Positions 38,606 to 50,329 of a DNA stretch of 63,945 nucleotides are shown in pieces. The notes below the pieces were generated by a model. It saw only the letters and a program-made list of their open reading frames with translations. It was not told the origin of the DNA and ran no database searches. Location of the stretch: contig CAIIXF020000001.1 in assembly GCA_903813345.2 (NCBI GenBank), forward strand, positions 32,612,056 to 32,676,000. The letters run 5' to 3'. Source of the stretch: Owenia fusiformis. Lineage: Eukaryota. Position numbers and translations under genes: made by a program. The first letter of the stretch is position 1. The number at the start of each line of letters is the position of its first letter.

Positions 38606-41600
38606 ATGACAACTTCCTCCATTATAGAATCCAAGCATGTTATTGACTTTAATGCTCAACCATATGTAAATAATGTCCAACCTTCTGTAAATAATGTTCA
38701 ACCTTCTGTAAATAATGTTCAACCTTCTGTAAATAATGTTCAATTATGTGCTCATAATCAGAAATCTTATTCGGTAAAAACACATGTTAATAATGTGCAG
38801 TCACTTAATGTTAATGAGCAATCACATGTTGATACAGTGCAATCATGTATTAGTAAATGTAGTATGCAATCAAGTTTAGATCATAGTAGTGAGAGTAGCA
38901 GCCAAGCAAGAAATGTTGATCAAAATAACTCTAAACCCAAAAAATGCTCATTGAACAGTTCATTGAAAAATCAAGGTTTAAGTTGTTTATTTTGGAATAT
39001 CAATAGAATTTCAGACAAATTACATAATGACAATACTATAAATGAACTTTTCAGCAAATATGCAATTATATTATTAAGTGAGACATGGTTGAATCCTGGT
39101 GAAACCCTGTCTTTTTCTGGTTACACTGTGCATAATCTAGCAAGGAAACGTAAAAATCATAATTCAAATGCATATTCAGGTGGCTTAGCTGTTTTTATTA
39201 AAGACAATTTTTACAATAATGCAATTGAAGTATTAAAACAAACTCATGATTTTTATGTTTGGATTAAAATCAAATCCTCATATTTTAATCTGGAAAATGA
39301 TATCTTTATTTGCTTCATTTATATGCCTCATAAGGGTTCACCTTATGAAAATTTTGACAATTTTGATGTTTTGGAAAAATCTATAGCTTTTTATCAATCA
39401 TCGGGTAAAATAATTATTTGTGGGGATATGAATGCCCGTACTGCCACTTTATCTGACTGTAATACTGTTGTATATGGATCAGATGATAAATTTACTAGCT
39501 CGTACTTTTTTAATGATCAGTGTAGAAATGATCCACAAAAACCTGACCTTATTCCAGACCGGTTTTCAATGGATAAAAACATCAAAGCAGTAAATCAGAC
39601 ACATGGTCGTGACTTTATTAATTTATGTAAAGCCTCTGATCTAAGAATTTTAAATGGACGTTTTTTCCATGATAAAGGAATTGGTAAATTTACATACTTT
39701 AGATATCTGAAACAAAATGATAATGACCCTTTGAAAGGAAAATCGGTTATAGATTATGTAGCTTCGCAATCTGGATTACTCCACATGTTTACTGATTTTA
39801 AAGTTCATGACAGGCATCCTGATTCTGATCATTCACCTGTACATTTCACACTTAATTTAAATCAACCAAAAGTAACAAATATTGAAGACAATACTGTTCA
39901 AAATTTACCTTACACCTATTTTAAATGGGATCGCAGTTTAAAAGAAACATTTACTGACGCATTACAGGATAACTTAAACAATGGGTTTCTTGATCAGTTT
40001 TACATTAATATGGGGCAAAATACCAGCTCCAATAGTCTATTGCAGGATCTTAAAGGTACTATTTATCATGCTTCTAAAAATACATTTCAGATTAAGTGTC
40101 TCAAGAAAAAAACTCAAAAATTCCCAGTGAACCCATGGTTTAATAGTGAATGTAAACAACTGAAAAAGGACTTCCACTTAGCTATTAAACAAAACTTACC
40201 TGATAGTGTGACAGATGAAATTCAGAAAAAATATAATCAAACCAAACAACGTGAAAAAAGAAGGTATCAGTCAGATCAATTAAAGTCACTTATGTTCTTT
40301 AAATCAAATAATTCAACAGAATTTTGGAAAATGATTAAATCTATGCCTGGAAATAAACAGCTAACAGAAATTCCAATTGAAACTCCAGAACTCTTCAGAG
40401 CATTCAAAAATCTTGGTCAATTGCCTAGTATGGACTATTTTGATCATGAGGCACTAGTTGAGATGCAAATGTTCATTAATGAATACGATGTCAACAGTAT
40501 TTTAACAGATGAAAGGAAATTGAGTGATAATGTCCTAAATAACAATATTCAAGAATCTGAAGTGTATACGGCCTTAAATAAAGTTAATGATAATAGATCT
40601 GCTGGGATTGATGGTTTGCCCTCAAGCATAATTAAGAACTGCATATCACTTGTTCCTGATATCACTGCTCTTTTTAATCATATTTTTCTAAGTGGAGATT
40701 ACCCAAATGAATGGAGCATAGGCATGTTGTCAACTATTTTTAAACAAGGTAGTAAAATTGATCCTGATAATTATAGAGGAATAAATGTTTTAGCTTGTAT
40801 AGGCAATGTGTTCGACTCAGTCATCCAGAATAGACTTGTTTTCAATGCTGAAATGTTGAACACCCAAGATCCACTTCAAGGTGCCTATAAAACTGGACAC
40901 CAGACAAGTGACAATTTATATATCTTAAGCACTCTTATATCTCACTATAAACGATTGAAGAAACCAGTATATTGTATTATGATTGACTTCAAAAAAGCGT
41001 TTGATTTTGTAAATAGGTCTGCACTAATGTATAAACTATGCAAAGCAGGTATATCACCAAGTTCAAATATTTTTAAAATTATTTCCAGTATGTATAAAAA
41101 ATCCAAAGCTTGCCTCAAACTCAAAGATGGTATCGTCCCTACTTTTGAGACAGATGCCGGTGTAATGCAGGGCTCTGTCCTTAGTACTTATTTATTTAAC
41201 CACTTTCTTGATGATTTGTCAGACTATTTACCGAAGGAGTATGGACTTCAATTTGACGGTGATAAGATAAACCATTTACTTTGGGCTGATGATTTAATTT
41301 TATTGTCAAATACTGAAGATGGAGCTCAAAAAATGTTAAATTGTTTATTTAAGTTCTGTAAGAGGTATCACCTTATTGTTAACACATTAAAGACGAAATC
41401 AATAATTTTTAATTCAAAATCCAATGTGCAATTCACTTTTAATGACAACATTATTGAAAGCGTTAACCACTATAAATATTTGGGCTGCATATTTAATAAT
41501 AACATTAATTTTGATAAACACATAGGTTATCTCCAAGAACAGGCAAGGAAAGCCCTTTTTAAAATTAAGCAACAGTATAAAAAATTTAACGATGTTCCTA

Positions 41601-42475
41601 TCTCCGTTGCCCTGCATCTTTTTGATAGCTTGGTTGAACCAATTTTAATGTATGCCTCTGAGATATGGTATAGTAAGAAGCATGTAAAAGCTATAGAAAC
41701 AATACACTTATCATTCCTTAAATGTTTGCTTGGTGTGAAAAAATCAACAGCTACACCGGCTGTTTATGGGGAGCTAGGACGTTATCCTTTAAAAATTCGT
41801 TTCAACATTAAGCTGATTAAATATTGGCTGCGTTTAATGAAATTACCTGAAGAAAATATGCTCAATAAATCATATTTGTATGACCTTGAAATGAATGGTT
41901 TGGGTTACTCTGGCACTTGGTCCAGTAAAGTTATTGACATATTAAAACAATGTGATTTATTCTCTCATTGGTTGACTCAAAATGTTGAAGATGATTATAT
42001 ATTTATTCAAACGATCACAAAGAAATTAAAAAGTAATTATGCACTTCAATGGAAACAGGATATTCTTACTTTTCCTGTTCTTAGAACTTATATAAAATTC
42101 AAAAATACTTTCACCAAAGAATTATATTTAAACATTCAAAATAAAAAGTATAGACATGCATTAACTAGGCTCAGGATGAGTTCACATAAATTACAGATAG
42201 AAGTTGGGCGGTACTCAAAACCAAAGCCAAAACCCACAAGTGAAAGGTTGTGTAGTGAATGTGGGGTAATTGAGGATGAGCTTCACTTTATCACAAGCTG
42301 TACAAAGAACTTAAAACACAGAGAGCTTTTGTTTGAAACTTTAGAATCTGATCTGAAACAGTGCAAAGATCCAGATAAACTGTTTGAAACTATTATGTCT
42401 AGTAAAAGCTCTCATGTTAACTTACATTTAGCCAAATTTGTATATCACTCTTTTAAAAATTTGGAAAATGATTAA
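38606..42475 (+). CDS. LINE ORF2: AP endonuclease, reverse transcriptase, C-terminal CCHC
   Basis: Uninterrupted ORF (open from 38597). WNIN, LSETW, GDMNAR, IDY, SDHSP (APE); NYRGI, IDFKKAFD, QGSVLS, WADD, YKYLG (RT); GELGRYPL, RLRMSSHKLQIEVGR, CSECGVIEDELHFITSC. Confidence 0.95.
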   Translation: MTTSSIIESKHVIDFNAQPYVNNVQPSVNNVQPSVNNVQPSVNNVQLCAHNQKSYSVKTHVNNVQSLNVNEQSHVDTVQSCISKCSMQSSLDHSSESSSQARNVDQNNSKPKKCSLNSSLKNQGLSCLFWNINRISDKLHNDNTINELFSKYAIILLSETWLNPGETLSFSGYTVHNLARKRKNHNSNAYSGGLAVFIKDNFYNNAIEVLKQTHDFYVWIKIKSSYFNLENDIFICFIYMPHKGSPYENFDNFDVLEKSIAFYQSSGKIIICGDMNARTATLSDCNTVVYGSDDKFTSSYFFNDQCRNDPQKPDLIPDRFSMDKNIKAVNQTHGRDFINLCKASDLRILNGRFFHDKGIGKFTYFRYLKQNDNDPLKGKSVIDYVASQSGLLHMFTDFKVHDRHPDSDHSPVHFTLNLNQPKVTNIEDNTVQNLPYTYFKWDRSLKETFTDALQDNLNNGFLDQFYINMGQNTSSNSLLQDLKGTIYHASKNTFQIKCLKKKTQKFPVNPWFNSECKQLKKDFHLAIKQNLPDSVTDEIQKKYNQTKQREKRRYQSDQLKSLMFFKSNNSTEFWKMIKSMPGNKQLTEIPIETPELFRAFKNLGQLPSMDYFDHEALVEMQMFINEYDVNSILTDERKLSDNVLNNNIQESEVYTALNKVNDNRSAGIDGLPSSIIKNCISLVPDITALFNHIFLSGDYPNEWSIGMLSTIFKQGSKIDPDNYRGINVLACIGNVFDSVIQNRLVFNAEMLNTQDPLQGAYKTGHQTSDNLYILSTLISHYKRLKKPVYCIMIDFKKAFDFVNRSALMYKLCKAGISPSSNIFKIISSMYKKSKACLKLKDGIVPTFETDAGVMQGSVLSTYLFNHFLDDLSDYLPKEYGLQFDGDKINHLLWADDLILLSNTEDGAQKMLNCLFKFCKRYHLIVNTLKTKSIIFNSKSNVQFTFNDNIIESVNHYKYLGCIFNNNINFDKHIGYLQEQARKALFKIKQQYKKFNDVPISVALHLFDSLVEPILMYASEIWYSKKHVKAIETIHLSFLKCLLGVKKSTATPAVYGELGRYPLKIRFNIKLIKYWLRLMKLPEENMLNKSYLYDLEMNGLGYSGTWSSKVIDILKQCDLFSHWLTQNVEDDYIFIQTITKKLKSNYALQWKQDILTFPVLRTYIKFKNTFTKELYLNIQNKKYRHALTRLRMSSHKLQIEVGRYSKPKPKPTSERLCSECGVIEDELHFITSCTKNLKHRELLFETLESDLKQCKDPDKLFETIMSSKSSHVNLHLAKFVYHSFKNLEND

Positions 42476-42895
42476 TATTATGTAAACATTTTTTTAAAAC
42501 ACATGTATTATGGATACACCACACTGATATCATACCCTGACATGTGAAACTGATGTAAAGTAGTTTTGTAGTATGTAGTTGTAGTTTGTAGTTTTTTGTA
42601 CACTGTAGTGACTGATATGTCATTTACATGACATGGTTATTGAGTCAATAAAAGATATATATATATTAGTATTGTAACATTTGTGATCTATAAAGCATAC
42701 ATCAAAGAATTTAATAATGGAATAAAACGGAATTTTGAAGGAATTGTTAAAACTCTAAAATTCGAAATTTATGTACGTAAAAATGTATTTTTTAAAAACA
42801 AATGGAATATGATAAGATTGTAATTGATTTATTACTACTGTATCTGTACTTACTTTAAAAAACTGAAATAAACTATATTGAAAAAAAAAAAATAA

Positions 42896-43456
42896 AATAT
42901 TCCAGCCTGATTGAAGAGCTTTGCTGGATTGAGAGACTCTGTCATTTCCCGACAGTTTATACAATATTCCAGCCTGACTGAAGAAATACTGCTGGACTGA
43001 GGAATTTTGTCACTTCCAGACATAGTCTATACAACGCCAGCCTGTTTGAAGAGCTTTGCTGGATTGAGAAACTCTGTCATTTCCCGACATAGTTTATACA
43101 ATATTCAAGCCTGTTTGCAGAAATACTGCTGGACTGAGGAACTTTGCCATTTCCAAAGTTCATAATATTCCAGCCTGATTGAAGAGCTTTGCTGGATTGA
43201 GAAACTCTGTCATTTCCCGACATAGTTTATACAATATTCCAGCCTGACTGAAGAAATACTGCTGGACTGAGGAACTTTGCCATTTCCCGACATAGTTTAT
43301 ACAATATTCCAGCCTGACTGAAGAAATACTGCTGGACTGAGGAACTTTGCCATTTCCAGACAAAGTTATAATATTCCAGCCTGATTGAGGAACTTTGCTG
43401 GATTGAGAAACTCTGTCATTTCCCGACATAGTTTATACAATATTCCAGCCTGACTG
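42896..43456. repeat. 69-bp tandem repeat, ~8 units of two mostly alternating variants
   Basis: AATATTCCAGCCTGA(T/C)TGAAGA(GCTTT/AATACT)GCTGGA(T/C)TGAG... repeated; each unit has a CCAGC...GCTGG inverted pair. Confidence 0.93.
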
Positions 43457-46400
43457 TTTCAGTATGAGTTTTTGGTATGAGGCAGAGGTTGAGAGATGAA
43501 CTGTTACCAGCCGTTCAGTTGATAAAACCAGCGAACACAAAGGAGACAGTTTGGGTAAAATGGGTCTCCCAGGCTATCTAAAGCTTAAATAATTTTGAAT
43601 TGATTAAAAGTTACGGAATTCTTTGAAGAATGAGTACAACTGCATGAATGGCTGGCATATAACATGAAAGATTGGATAATGTGACTGAAATAAAGAAGCT
43701 CCAAGTTTCACAAGAACACCGAGAATTATCACACATGACCAATGATGAGAATGTTCAGTGTCTTTTAAGACTAAAAATGAAATTTAAATAGCCTCCTTTT
43801 AAATTATAACTTTGAACAATCAAGTGGATACAGATAATTCAGGTCAACTCAAGTCAACTCTCAACAACATACAATATTAACTATTATAACTACATTGTAA
43901 CAATAATTCTATTCTAATTCCAATCATAACTCTTGGTGATGCCTAATCGAAGGAGGAGTGCTCAATAAGCCTCCTAGAAATGGAGTAGGAATGTGCACCG
44001 CATGTAGAAGAAGAACCTGAGGACGATGGTGCATCTACCTCAAAGGCACTCGTAACATCTCAAACAACAAGCGCAGTTGACAGCTGCCACAGCTGCAACG
44101 TAAGCACCTAATACCCCTACATTAGATAGTATTCGGATTATAATAAGCAATTTGGGTGCACAGTTTCCCATATGCCAGTTCCTGCACCAGTAATAACCAC
44201 TAGGCAGCCATTACATGGGCCTAATTACAACACATGGCCTAGCATCATCCAAGAACCATCCAATCTAGAACAAGTTACGGACAATATAATTGCGAAACAG
44301 GCTCAGCCTAACAAGACTGAATTGATTGACATTAGCACAAAGAGGCCTGCTGCTCCTTCTGCTGAAGGTGTGCTACATAAGATAAGGCGCAGCCTGAGCA
44401 CGGAAACGCGCCCATCAAAAGTCAGCCAGGAGCCTACTCATGCTCCTCATTGTCCTGGAAGTCTTGGTGACCCAATTCCAGAGGGAATTTGACGGCCAGC
44501 GAGTATACCAATACGGGGAGCGAGTATCTGTAGCAGATGGAAATACATTCCCATGAGATATTGTATATATAGTCAAAAGTCATAACTATTTATTGAGTGT
44601 AATGAAACATATCCTTCGCTAACTGCTTTTGTTTGAGATAATTATCATTAAACTGTATCCCTTATATTTTTTAATTAATTTTTATGTGTGTCATTGATCC
44701 TAATCCACCCTATAGTCTGGTGTTTGTAGAACATTGCACCTCGTACAACTTATTCTCACAAATATCAAACCTCATTAACTAATTAATTTTTTGTGTGAAT
44801 ATGAAGAGTCCAAGCATTGCTTTTTATATTTATTGTATAGCTATATTTTTTTTGATATCCATGATTTTTTAAAACAAAATCTCACCGTTAGATTTCGAGC
44901 TATTCATGTTTACTAATTTTTCTAATTTGAAAACAATGCAAATCTCATTTTTTCAAAGAAAAAAAATTGAAATTCTAAGACGGTGAAAAATCATTAAAAA
45001 ATACACAGATTCAGAATCCAGCAAGCATTTTCCCTTATTCCTCTCCGTTAAGAAGTTTTGTAAGGTGGTGGGTTTCTTTAATATGTGTCAAATTAATTTC
45101 ATGAGCGCAGCCATATTGTTTTTATTTAGCGCATGCGCAAAGCCTGTTCTAATGTAATAAGGGGAGGAGCATGAAGATGAGCCTGCAGAGGAGAAGTGGG
45201 AGGATAGAAGGCCAGGGACCAGCCAAAGACCTTAACAGCAAGTGCATCTTCCCCGTAACAGATTCCCACATATTTCCATATAAATCAGAGAAAAATGTGA
45301 AACTTTTTAAACATGGTAAAGGAGATCAGTGTTTGCATATCATATACATAGTGGTCAACAATACAGCTGGATAGTCAGCTGTACTTCATAATAAACGTGT
45401 TTATAAATTTTACAGATTTTGTATGTTGTGAATTGTATAATCCCCAGGTGTTACAATAGTAACAAAAATTGCAATTGCATTGAGGATTTCAGGATATAAT
45501 GCTACTTTTTCAGCTTACATAAATCTGAACTTTATTCAAAACAAGCATTGATAGAAAGCTGAGAACATCAAGCTCAGAGCAGATGTTGAATGTTGAACGC
45601 TGAAGTGTCCACCTTGTAAAGATGTAGATATTTCTGTTATTCGTTATGGCACCAGTATGCATTTTTAACTGTGGACCCTGATAGTAGACCTTATAAGACC
45701 CCTGACCCAATGGCCAAACAGCATGAGGAAATTCTGGTCAATTCATATAAACCATTTGGATCACATTCTATATATATTCTATTAATTTATCTACTCCAGC
45801 AGGACTTTTGTACTTTTCTTTCATAATGGCTACTCACTGAACAGCAGAAACCATAGGCTGGTCAACCAGGTGTTGAGGTCAATTACCTAGAATTGGACAC
45901 AAGTCAGACAGCAGCCATAGAGGTCAGCTTTCAGCTATTTCCGCCTGAACATATGTGTCACTAGCAGCTCGCTGTACAGGCCGTCACTGGAGTACTTAGC
46001 TCTGATTTAAATGGCCTGAAGCCTCCATTGTGGCCTCCATTGTGAGCAGTGTTTTGAATAGGGAGGGGTGCGACGACGATGCAAGTGAAAATTGATTTCC
46101 TCGTCCCTAGACCTGGATGAAACTGAGCCAATTCATCCCGAGGACGGTGGTGGTGATAGGCGCTAAAATTCCAGGGAAGATGCAACACATTTGCTGAGTA
46201 AGAAGACAGAGCAAGATATAGTGAATGAGCAGGTATATTAAGATTATCATCAATCATATGATTCCACCATCGGATCAATGAAGTGATGGCTTTTTAATGG
46301 TTAAAAAATGAAAGTGAAATATGTCCTTTGTTACATGAGGCAAAATTTGGAAAGTGACAAAACAAGTAAAAATTGCATCAAAATCAGAGCAGTTCACAAT

Positions 46401-46479
46401 CACATATGTCTAAAAATTTTACAACTAAACGGATAAAAATTGTGACTAAGCAGAGAGGAGGATTTGAGGTTACAAGAGA

Positions 46480-46690
46480 GAGTGTGTGAGAAAGATGAGA
46501 AGAAGAAAGATCAGAAGGAAAGAAGAGGAAAGAGGAAGAAAGGAAAGAAGAGGAAAGAGGTAGAAAGGAGGTGAGGGGAAGAAGAAGACGGGAGGAAAGC
46601 GAAGAAAGTTGAGAAGGAGACAAAGAAGAGGACTGATGAGAAAGCGGGGAAGAGGAAGGAAGACAAGGACAGGATGACAAAGGACTTCAA
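46480..46690 (+). repeat. Purine-rich (GA) low-complexity tract
   Basis: Nearly all G/A on the + strand; produces the spurious S/L/F-rich minus-strand ORFs. Confidence 0.8.
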
Positions 46691-47212
46691 ACGACCAAAT
46701 GTACACAAGACTGACAACAGACGAAAAACGATGAAAGGTTCAGGACGTCATGGACATTTTTGAGGACAAGACGGAACCAGACAACTATACTTTACCAAGG
46801 AAGAACGTACCAACGATGGATAAGAGCTTAGACATGGAGTTACAGGAGAGTGTGAACGCTCCTCCGTACCAGGACCTCCAGATGGACACACGGACAGTGG
46901 AACTGATGGACTGGACAGATGAACCAGGACTTCCAGACGAACAAGGACTTATAGTGGACTCAGTGACAGACAATGTAGTTCCAGAAGTGACAGACCTGAC
47001 GAACAAGCCAAAACCCACAACAGAGCAACAGACAGACGGATTGGTACCTGAACAAGGATCGGAACAATTGATGGACCAGATGGATGCACATTAGAGGACC
47101 CCTGACCCAATGGCCCCATGGTACGAGGAGCCATGCCTGATCCATGCCATCCAGGCCATGTCTAAATTTCTTCTATTCCTCAAGTTGGGGTGTAACCTAA
47201 TATCACCTGAAA

Positions 47213-47601
47213 ATGCAGCTTCATTGGAGGAACAAATGCGCCTTTGGAACCTATATGATATGGAATGATCTAGTGAACAAACATGGAAGAATATTCAAGG
47301 TGAAGGAGACACCATGGATTCTTGGATGCATCACTAATAATCCTGGCTTTCATGGTTTATGTACTAACAGATTAACACTAGATGCAGCTATAAAATGCAA
47401 TATCCCAATGGATTCAATGGACCAATTGATCCACATAGGCGCCCTGTGGCATACAGACAGCTTGTGCAAGCTGCTTGGGGTGTCTTGTCCTACCTTCATG
47501 TGCTGTACTCTGCATCAGAGCTCACTATCCTCCTCCAGGACAACATGAAGAACTGCATCAATTTGTAGGGTTACAAGGAAGTTGAAAGAGAGAGGTTATG
47601 A
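47213..47601 (+). pseudogene. Second P2X7 C-terminal (ballast)-like fragment
   Basis: GCITNNPGFHGLCTNRLTLDAA/VAYRQLVQAAWG/PSCAVLCIRAHYPPPGQ...FVGYKEVERERL*. Preceded by an acidic ORF at 46750-47094. Confidence 0.75.
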
Positions 47602-48699
47602 GACGTGAAATGTTGATACAGCTGAGATCATCAAGTTGGGAAAAACTAATACAAGACTATAAATTTGATGAGAAATTGGACACATTTATTGGTATGAATG
47701 ATATAATAAGATGAACTTGGTGGCACATATAATTTGTTGTTTCTAATTGATGTTCAAAATATTCATCTAGGCAAAAAGGTTTACCTTATTTGTCAGCAAA
47801 AGTGTGGCCTTACGCTATCATCAAGCCCTGTTTGTTTTATTGCTTTCTACCCTATCCTGTATGGAATGTTGTTAAAAATTAACAAAAATTTAATGAACAT
47901 ATCTTCATTGAACTTAGTATGTAGTCTTATTTAATATGACCATCTACATCAGCGTTTATTTAGTCTTTTATAAGTGCAATCTTTTAAAAAAGATCCTTCG
48001 GCTAAAGCGAGAGATCAACCTCAACAGATGTTTTAATAAATGGCAGACCATATGATTTTAAGATTAGAGGAAAGCATTCAATATCTCACAAAGTAAAGTG
48101 TCTGTTTTAATTGATGAAATATTCTCATTATGATTTTTAAAAATCTAAACTTTTTTTTCTCCAGAATAAACGTTTTCACTAGTGCACAGTGGTCCACATG
48201 CCAAGCCAAGTAATTTGGCTAGAGACTCAAGTAACCTTAGGCCAAATATCTTTCTCACTTGTGACATTTTTCCAAGATTCAAATCAACAACCATGAGGGT
48301 CATATGAATATTTTCTCTTACAAAGACAAAGTTTAAAATATACTAAATTTCATGGTAAAAATGAGTATTTTGGAAATAGAAAAATTATTTAACATGCAAT
48401 TTACAGGGATTAAACAGTTTAGACAAATGAAAATTTGACTTTCATGAACATTAATTCATTCAAAAAAATTTAATGTGATGGCACTTATTTGTATCATCAA
48501 TTAAAATACATGTTTTTCATTCATTTCCAGAGTGACCAAAAACAGTGAGAAACTACACAAGCTGGTTGATCCAGATCCATTAAGAAGCTATACAAGATCC
48601 AAAATGGCCAGGTGTGAATTATGCAAGATATAACTTCAAATCAACATCACTAGTATCCCATCCCCTGACACAGTGGACAATACTGCATTCTCTAAATAA

Positions 48700-49085
48700 A
48701 AAGCACACATCCCAAGAACATTCTCCATATCAGCAATATCTACTCATATAGAGAAATCAGGCAAAACGATCAGTGTTGATAAGCTCAACTCCAGAGGATA
48801 TAGCTTCTTCCACGAAGGATATGTTCACAAGATACTTGCCAGGACTAATGTATCAAGAAATTGTGAAGTGAAGGCCCAATGTTATAAATCTATGAGGAAA
48901 AATGAAACTACACATCAACTGTGTGTTGAAATTTCTCAAAATGTACTTGTTAAAACTGTAAAATGTTCTTGCGTTGCGGGTGCTTCAGGTGTGTGCAATC
49001 ATGTATTTACCCTCTTACATTTATGCAACCATGTTGTTCATGCAAAACTTGAACACTGTAATGATAACACCACATGTACTGATTC
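48700..49085 (+). pseudogene. SWIM zinc-finger ORF fragment (TE accessory type)
   Basis: RGYSFFHEGYVH...VKAQCYKSMRKNE...KCSCVAGASGVCNHVFTLL...TCTD. Confidence 0.75.
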
Positions 49086-49140
49086 TAAGCCCCACCCTTT
49101 GGACTTTGTGATATTTTCAATTATTTCTTATACTCTACAG

Positions 49141-49861
49141 CAGAATACAATCAGCAGAAACTGAAGGTCTGTCAAAAATCTAAAATGTTGTCACACTCAG
49201 AATAAATTTTTTGTGACCAGTACAGTTAGACCGAGTACCAGCAACAAAACATTCCAAGTAAAAGATTGTTATGAGACAATGATAGGTCTTAGTCTAGATG
49301 GTTTAGTACCAGGGGATGTTCTGGCAGCATTCTGTAATTGTATGGGAGGGTAAGTAATTTCTTTATTAAGTGACATACCTGAAGTACTTTTCAGATTTTT
49401 CTTCTAGGGCACTTATTCACCACCTCTTGGACTCCTACTTCACCTATAGGTACATGTATTTTGAACATTGAAAGGCCACGGTTTGACAAATCATTGACAT
49501 GTTGGGACCTCGCATACCAATAATTTTGTTGTATATTTTTTTCAGGCAGTTATTTAAATTAGTCTAAATTGATATGCAACAATTGCAAGGGTATATCAAC
49601 AATTATCTGTAGCAGATGCCACACAAACTGACAAGGGAATCATTCTACATTTGTAGTTTGTACAATGTTCATATTGAAGGTTACATGAAAAAATCTAAAA
49701 TTTGATCTTAAACTAGGAAAAATAGCAAATGAAATGCTACTTAAATTATGCCTTGTTACGTTAGTTCTTCAGAGCTGATGGTGGTTGCCGGCATGTTGGT
49801 GCCACTCTATACACTCTAGATGAGTTCTTAACAAATGTCAAATCTGTGACAGAAGGGCCCT
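49141..49861 (+). pseudogene. Second SWIM zinc-finger fragment, split by a GT-AG intron (49350-49772)
   Basis: Splicing GG|gtaagt...ttcttcag|A restores AFCNCMGGADGGCRHVGATLY...SVTEGP in frame. Confidence 0.7.
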
Positions 49862-50235
49862 ATGGAAGGGAATGTTTTTTCCAAGGCCATGGAGGCAGGT
49901 ATTTTTTGCACCCTCATCCGGGAAGATGACACATCTGCAATATCAAAACTCCCCAAAACAGTAAAGAAATTATCAGATGCCAATCACACAATGAAGTATG
50001 TTCATGCTGATCTCAATAACCTAAAGAAAGATCACAAAGCCCTGACTGAGAGTGTGTGTAATGAGATAAAGTTCTCTATCGTGATGTTCAAAATCAAAAT
50101 GATATAGAAATGGCCTGAAGGCTATGGGGCAGCATATGTTTGCACAACATGAATTCTGTAATGAAAAATGGTGTGGCTCCCTCAAGAACCCTTCAGAATA
50201 TAAACATACTAACATAACTTATGATTTACAAGGTG
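49862..50235 (+). pseudogene. Kolobok/Mutator-like transposase fragment
   Basis: ME...LIREDDTSAI...KKLSDANHTMK.../HMFAQHEFCNEKWC. Confidence 0.65.
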
Positions 50236-50329
50236 CTCTAAAGGACAGCTCAATGATAACATCTACAAAAAGAAGACATGGTGTGTTGGAAAGTGTGAGG
50301 GATGGGAGCCAGTGGAGTTGTGGGCACTG

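Larger units (their letters stand above)
35941..42663 (+). mobile_element. Full-length two-ORF non-LTR retrotransposon, RTE-X-like
   Basis: Starts CAAAATGGCTGCC (YY1-like). ~600-bp 5' UTR, ORF1, ORF2, AATAAA at 42647 and (AT)n tail. TATT duplicated at 35937-35940 and 42664-42667. Confidence 0.9.
34103..42895 (+). mobile_element. 5'-truncated Tx1/L1-type LINE (ORF2 RT plus C-terminal CCHC), interrupted by a second LINE at 35940/42668
   Basis: FYKFFW, NFRPISLSNTDYKILA, IDFKKSFDSIEW, RQGCPVS, QYADD, CSLCGEVCTLKHLLFTC. Reading frame resumes after the nested element (FLNYFI|SIVTFVIYK...FKNKWNMIRL*, stop 42821-42823). AATAAA plus poly(A). TSD AATATTCCA (34094-34102, 42896-42904). Internal deletion near 34930 and frameshift near 35030. 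Confidence 0.9.

Noticed and set aside
42896..43456. 69-bp array with internal hairpins as a CRISPR-like array
   Set aside because: Units are contiguous with no unique spacers, there are no cas genes, and the context is eukaryotic.
43940..44580. Possible Ngaro/DIRS gag remnant (ORF 44172-44492, SICSRWKY...CIY)
   Set aside because: Only a weak Cys motif, with no RT or YR adjacent.
28800..45140. GCGCATGCGC (28801, 45129) and GCCATCTTG (29113, 33394) as NRF1/YY1 host promoters
   Set aside because: Short motifs with no supported downstream host gene; likely TE-derived.
46384..46717. Three overlapping S/L/F-rich minus-strand ORFs
   Set aside because: By-product of the purine-rich tract.
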